Positions 55,257 to 64,000 of a stretch of DNA of 64,000 bases are shown here, piece by piece. Source of the DNA: the human T2T-CHM13v2.0 reference genome, Homo sapiens; assembly GCF_009914755.1 (NCBI RefSeq), contig NC_060931.1. One strand, given 5' to 3'. A program made the position numbers and the translations under genes. The notes below the pieces were generated by a model. The model saw nothing but the letters and a program-made list of their open reading frames with translations, was not told where the DNA came from and did not search any database. The stretch's first letter is position 1. Each line of letters starts with the position of its first letter.

Positions 55257-56338
<1,082 letters not shown>

Positions 56339-57809
56339 CCGCAAATACAAGAAATTTAGGCTTTTGAGTTGACCTAGTAATCTCACAGAAGAAACTCTGT
56401 CAGTGTGCATATCTCTGGATTTATCCCATGTCTTTCCTTTGCTGATATCATATTCCTATCAGCATGATTAACCTAGAAAGAAAGGAGGGACAGAGGGGTG
56501 TCAGAGATGGGAGGGAACTTAGGTCTGGTGAGGGAATGACATGTCCCTTGTTACAAGCTAGACAGTGGCCAACCTTGGGATGAAACTGGTTCTCTATCTG
56601 TTGCCTGCATTTTCTCTCTCTGTCAACATGTGACCATCTGCTTTCAGATGGTCAGACCATGAGTGTGCGTCTGACAACAGCCTTGATCTCAGTATGGGAA
56701 ACAGCACTTCTTGGAAAACAGACCATATACGTGGCAAATTTCGCCTTCTCCTCTGTCCAGAGACTCCTCACATTTCCTCTGCTCAATAATGCAGTGGCTG
56801 AGGACCATTTGTGATTCAGTTCATTCGTTGGTGGTGGCTCAAAACTGTAACTGAAGTCTCCAAAGGGATCCTCCTCATCTCTGCTTTATTAAAATGAAAC
56901 TTTCCCTTGGCATTTGTTGGAGGCATTTCTCCGGTTATGAATGAGAAGGACAAAGGAGAAGGAGAGAGGGCTTGGGGCTTAAATGCCAGCAATCCAATTA
57001 AAGCCATGTTTAACCTTTGTAAATAAAGCTCCTGCTTGGCCTCCTTCTCAGACAGGGGGAGGAAAATTAACCGATTTAGTAGGAAGCCCCATACTGGGAG
57101 GAGAGGACTGGTGTTTATAACATGCTTCCTGGCAGAGGGAGTGCAGCCTGGTGTTAAAAATTATTCTCTCTAGAAGGCCAACTGGCAGCAGATATAGGAA
57201 AATGTGCAGTGCAACAAGTCACCTCCTTAGGTGTCTTCCCTGGTGATGGGGACTGTTTACCCAGGCATTTGGTTCTAAAGAGCCATTGGTGGGTCCCGTC
57301 CAGCTGCTTTGGCTTCCATTAAGAACACAAGAAATAAAATGTCGCATAGAACAGCAAACAGTGGGAAAACGGGCAGAAAATAGAACTGCATATTTAACAA
57401 CCCCTTGGATGCGGAAGACCTCCATGGTTTCTAAGCAGTGTAAGAAACTGCAAGAAAGATTCCGAAGAGTCTACGTCTGTATCCTTAAAAATATTCAAAG
57501 GCAAATGAACTGACACAGACTTGCCACAAGCATGACATCCAAAAGCTGCTGTGATCACTCATCATTCATTCATTCATTTAACATTTATTGGGCTGGCTGC
57601 TAGAGAGACAGACATCAAAGGCTCCATGCCCTAGGGGCCTCCCTGCTGTGGGAGATAAAATTCACTGGTCTTCTGTTCTCCTATGATTGTGGTAGAGCAA
57701 AGGGGCTTCTCTATCTATATTTGTACACACCGATAAGAAAAGCACTAGGACATCATTAGGTTAAGTGGAGAAAAGGCAAGAGCTGACAACATACAAGAGA
57801 GGAAACACA

Positions 57810-58183
<374 letters not shown>

Positions 58184-58224
58184 TTAAAATGAGGTATTTT
58201 TTTGTTAGCAAACTTTTAAAAAAT

Positions 58225-58540
58225 TTTTATTTTTTATTTATTTACTTTTTAGACAACACCTCACTCACTCTGTCACCCAGGCTGGAGTGCAGTGGCATGA
58301 TTATGGCTCACTGCAACCTTGACCTCCCAGGCTCAGACAATCCTCCCATCTCAGCCTCCCTCCCAAGTAGCTGGGATTGCAGATGCATGCCACCACACCT
58401 GGCTAATTTTTTTTGTATGTTTTGTAGAGATGAAGTTTCGCCATGTTGCCCAGGCTGACCTCAAACTCTGACTCAAGCTATCCATCTGCCTCTGCCTCCC
58501 AAAGTGGTGTGGTTATAGGTGTGAGCCCCTGCACCTGGCG
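58225..58540 (-). mobile_element. AluJ
   Basis: J diagnostics. Confidence 0.9.
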
Positions 58541-58544
58541 ATGA

Positions 58545-59000
58545 ACTTATTTTTTTTTATGACAATACCCAAAGCTAGCATAGTTGTAGAGAAATAAGAA
58601 TGTAATGTTATGTTCTTACAAATAAATAGAAGGTCTTTGGACAGTATTTTGGCAATACCAACCAATAGTCTTTAAAATGTTCATAATTTGACAGGAATTG
58701 CACTTCTAGGAACTTACGTAAAGTAAATAATCAAAGATACAGATGAAGATTTGTATATAAGAATACTCATAGCATTTATATTTTCTTGGGAAAAAAGCAA
58801 TTTTAAAGTCCAACAAGAGAAAAGTGGGTAATTAAATTAAGCCATATCTATATAATAGTATGTTTATTTTGATCAATACCTTTGCCATAATGACTTTGAA
58901 GAATATTTAATGATAATGTATGCTTATGATATAACAGTGAAAAAATGTGATATAAGCTATATCTGGGCAGGAGAATCTCAATTTAGTGAGAAAAACAAAT
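58545..59000 (+). mobile_element. Old L1M fragment
   Basis: ggaattgcacttctaggaa, ttggacagtattttggcaata. Confidence 0.55.
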
Positions 59001-59090
59001 AAAGAAACATTTAATTTACCAACTCAAAAGTATTTACTGGATGCTTTGAGGCTTGAGAAGTTCCTCTAACTATAATAATACATTGATTTA

Positions 59091-59530
<440 letters not shown>

Positions 59531-60393
59531 AGAAAAATGTATATTTGGGGGTAGGAGAAATAGGATATTGGAAGACAGCCCTACATATGGGGTTTAGGAA
59601 AGAGAAGGAGGACATTAAGAGAATATTGGTTATTCTTTGGTGGGGTCAGGTATACTCTGATCAACAGAGATGAAATTTGTGGTTTTTTCCCCTGTTTTCT
59701 AGAGCGAGATGTCAGCAAATTGCCTTCCTTCTTCTTGCTGCAAAGAATGCTGTGAGCATCTTAGCTTCATTCTAGGATTTTCCTTTAGAAAGATTTCCTC
59801 TGACTTCTTGAGGGGGGCTTGCTCCCGAAAAGTGGGTGGTGGGAGCCACTGGGGAAAGAGAATTTAATCCAGTACTTCGGTTTTGAGGCTTGAGAAGAAA
59901 GAGTTCTAGGACCACCAGCACTGAATCCCTGGGGATAAAGACATACATTGGTCCTGGGTCTGCAGGGTCAGCCTGCACCCAGCACTGTGCAGTCGCAGGC
60001 ACCCTGAGGACGGCAGCAGGAGGGAGCTGGAGAGATGGGCAGTGGAGCCTGTAACCATGGGCATCCACGTTTAGGGCCCTTTGCCGAGATCTGTCCGAGA
60101 GGATAGGATCTGTCTTCCTGGTGAAGCTGCAGCAGTTGGTCAGCAACTTCAGCGGCAAGTAGTGGAGACGAGAGTCTCCCAACCATCACACCATCTTCTT
60201 TGTGGAATCTTGCAGGGTACCACCAGCCCTGACATGTGCATGCAAAGAGAGCAGCAGATGAGACAGAGACTCCAGCATCAATTCCTCTTGAGCACAGAAG
60301 TCCAATTGTCCCATTTTGCACAGTTTGCGTCCCCGGCATCTTTGGACAATTCAAGGAGAAGAGATTCCTCCAGAGGATGAGGTGAGACATCTT

Positions 60394-60533
60394 ACTAGTC
60401 AATGGGAAAAATTAAAGCAATGAGACCCACCTTATGCATTGGATGGTTGTGAATATGTATTCACATATATGGTTGTGAAGCCATCTGATGCATAACGTGG
60501 GTCTCATTGCTTTTATTTTTCTGATCAACTAGT
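60394..60533. repeat. 140-bp imperfect palindrome (55-bp arms, 30-bp spacer)
   Basis: aaagcaatgagacccac.ttatgcat pairs with atgcataa.gtgggtctcattgcttt. Confidence 0.95.
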
Positions 60534-60584
60534 GGTAGAATATAACATGTTTTACCTCCATTATCCTACCATGAGCATACAATG

Positions 60585-60907
<323 letters not shown>

Positions 60908-61522
60908 TAAACAATGTTCCCTCCTCTCCAAGGTTAAGTAACAAGTGAGTGTGGCTGTGGCATGGGAAATGAGGCACAGAACTGGAATTTGAACGCACCC
61001 GGCCACACAGGTAACCTGTGTTGAGTGTGCAGGACCTTCAGAGACACGTACAAGGGCTTCATTCTAAAGTAGGCCCTCCGTCTTTAATTAGCTGAGAGTC
61101 AGTGTGACATGTTAGTCCCTCCCCACATGCTCCCTGCAGCTAGACCGCAGGCCTCCTTGGGCACATCAACAGTCTCTGGCTTGCTCGGTGGGCTTGTCAG
61201 AAGCCTGCCCTTACCGAGAGATATGGACCGAGAGTGTTTCTGACATCATCAGGCTCTCCCTGAGCTCCTGGGTGGCTTTGAGTGCAAAAATCTTAATCCC
61301 AAAGCAACAGACACCCTTCTGTACTCCAGGCACTGAATAAATCAGTGGAGATCTCAAATGCCATAATTCTAACAGAGCCATCTCTGATGCCTCTGGCAAT
61401 TTGCTCTCCCGTGGGTTAGGGACCAGCTGTAATTGATGAGGAAACTGACAGCTCTTTGTCTTCCTTGACTACATTTGTCATCTGGTAGCTGGTTTATTCG
61501 TTATCTATTGCCTGGGATTCTC

Positions 61523-62451
61523 TCTTTCTCTCCCTCTCTTTCCCTGGGCACTTGTGGAGCAGATGTATCTCCTCATCTCCCTAAAGACAAGATCTATAAA
61601 GCCGTAACATGTTTTTAATGCAATTCAGCTTTTTGAAAAATGCATAATTGGAGAGTTCCAAAATAATTAGTTTATTATAGTGGGCCTATAAAAATGAACT
61701 TGCATCTCATTTATGAGCCATTAGATCCTATGTTCTACAAGCCTGATTGCTATTAATGCCACCAGCATATAATTTAGCATACTTTATTAACATGCATCAC
61801 CTCTGAGCTTCTCTTCCTTCCAGCCCCACGTCAGACAGGATAGGGTTGAGTTGTGGGGCTGAGAATTCTTCCCATGAACAGGACTCCAGCTTTGGAGACA
61901 GTGTCTCCTTCTTCAGCCCAAACCCTCATGAGTCACACTGTGGACCCCTCTTGCATGAGAACATTTGACATTCATTTCATTTCTTTCTGCAGAAGTTAAG
62001 CAAAAGAAAAAAACTAAGCCATTAGCATAAGGAAGAAGAAAAAAAAAGGAAAAAAACCCAGAACATTAAAGAAGAGGCAGAATGCATCAGTGCCTGGTTC
62101 TCATTCCAGGAGGTAAGAATAGTGAATGCTTTTGCAGGCACAAATGTGGATTGTTTTTTTCAGATAGTATAATGAAAATCAAAATATTTATTGTGTATCT
62201 TCTACATGTTGTTTGCATGTACCTATGTAGGGCACAGAGAGGATGAAAGGAGGAACTTGCATCTTTCTCTCTCTGTTTCCCTGGGCACTTGTAGAGCAGA
62301 TGTATCTCCTCCTCTCCCTCCAGACGATATCTCTAAAGCCATGTTTTTAATGCAATTCAAAAATATTTATTGTGTATGTTCTCTACTACTTCTTCTTGTG
62401 CCTGTGTAGGGCACAGAGGAGATGAAAAAACTACGAGCTCATCTATTTCTC
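61523..62451. repeat. ~100-bp direct repeat (61523-61627 vs 62262-62359), second copy between ~90-bp repeats (62179-62269, 62357-62451)
   Basis: tttccctgggcacttgt.gagcagatgtatctcctc and aaaatatttattgtgtat each occur twice. Confidence 0.9.
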
Positions 62452-62496
62452 TTACTTGAAGAACTGATGTTCTGATGGGGAAAAAGGGCAAACATT

Positions 62497-63019
<523 letters not shown>

Positions 63020-63387
63020 TCAGGAGAAGGCAACAATTATGAGTCGAGGGTGCAGACGAGAACATCTCTTCAGCCTCCCCTTTGCCCCACAGATGGGTGC
63101 CCTGGGTGAGGAGTGAAGGGAACGTCTGTCCCCAGGTAGATGCTAGAAGGGGCTAGAGCAGGACCTGCATGCCAGAGCCCAGCATGTGGTCTGCATGCCC
63201 CCAGCTGTGTCTTCTAGATGCTGCTCATGAAGCCATTTCCTTTTCTTCTTGCAGGGATAGCAGGAAGGTGGCAGGGGGTCTCAGGCAGAAGCCCTGGAGC
63301 CTGGCACACAGAATGAGATGGTAACTCTGTCTTCTTTCCTTGTAGGTTTATCACTGAAGAACAAGAGGGTCTCATCCCCTTTTTCCT

Positions 63388-63556
63388 CTTTTTATTTTTA
63401 TTTTTGAGAGAGTGTCTCACTCTGTCACCCGGGCTGGTGTGCAGTGGTGCCATCTCGGCTCACTGCAACCTCCACCTTGCTCAAGCAATTCTCCTGCTTC
63501 GGCCTCCTGAGTAGCTGGGATTACAGGCATGCAACACCATACCTGGCTAATTTTTG

Positions 63557-63589
<33 letters not shown>

Positions 63590-64000
63590 ATATATATATA
63601 TATGTATATATATGTGTGTATATATATGTATATATATGTGTATATATATGTATATATGTGTATATATATGTATATGTATATGTATATATATGTGTATATA
63701 TATGTATATGTATATATATGTGTATATATGTATATGTATATATATACGTATATATATATACATATATATATACGTGTATATATATGTATATATATACGTA
63801 TATATATACGTATATATATATACGTATATATACACGTATATATATATACGTATATATATATGTGTATATATATATGTTTTTTTTTTTTTTTTAGTACAGA
63901 TGGGGTTTCACCATGTCGGCCAGGCTGGTCTTGAACTCCTGACCTCAGGTGATGCAACCGCCTTGGCCTCCCAAAGTGTTGGGATTATAGGCATGTGAGC
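63388..64000 (-). mobile_element. AluS with expanded linker; runs off the window end
   Basis: Right arm 63388-63550, left arm 63892-64000. Confidence 0.95.
63555..63877. repeat. (TA)n/(TG)n/(TACG) alternating purine-pyrimidine microsatellite
   Basis: ~320 bp of RY alternation inside the Alu linker. Confidence 0.97.

Noticed and set aside
59772-60402. Overlapping 99-144-aa ORFs in GC-richer unique DNA, possible processed pseudogene
   Set aside because: No protein family recognised in any frame and no poly(A) or TSD; a BLASTX search would be needed to exclude it fully.
63444-63998. Tyr/Ile-rich ORFs on both strands
   Set aside because: Translations of the (TA)n-type microsatellite.

Overview
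Primate (human-like) non-coding genomic DNA, intergenic or deep intronic. I recognise no protein-coding exon, RNA gene, CpG island or CRISPR array. Most ORF-track entries are Alu, LTR, L1 or microsatellite read-throughs, and the rest match no family I recognise. The window holds about 60 Alu copies or fragments (J, S and Y types, roughly one per kb), L1 and L2 fragments, MIRs, and MaLR/ERV LTRs (THE1, MLT1, MLT2, LTR16, MER31, MER50). It also has a MER4-group internal segment, a decayed ERV-L pol/RT fragment, and hAT DNA transposons (MER1A, MER30B, Charlie1-like, Arthur1-like, MER5A). Repeat names come from my recall of consensus sequences, not a database search, so subfamily calls and boundaries are approximate. 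The main signal not explained by these repeats is about ten short (55-430 bp) duplications or repair patches, direct and inverted, most copied from within 3 kb. Many are pasted into older repeats with junction microhomology, and they span ~80-95% identity by manual estimate. I read this as a recurrent local template-switch or break-repair hotspot; whether the density exceeds genomic background needs computing. It is a mutational pattern, not a demonstrated new functional system.
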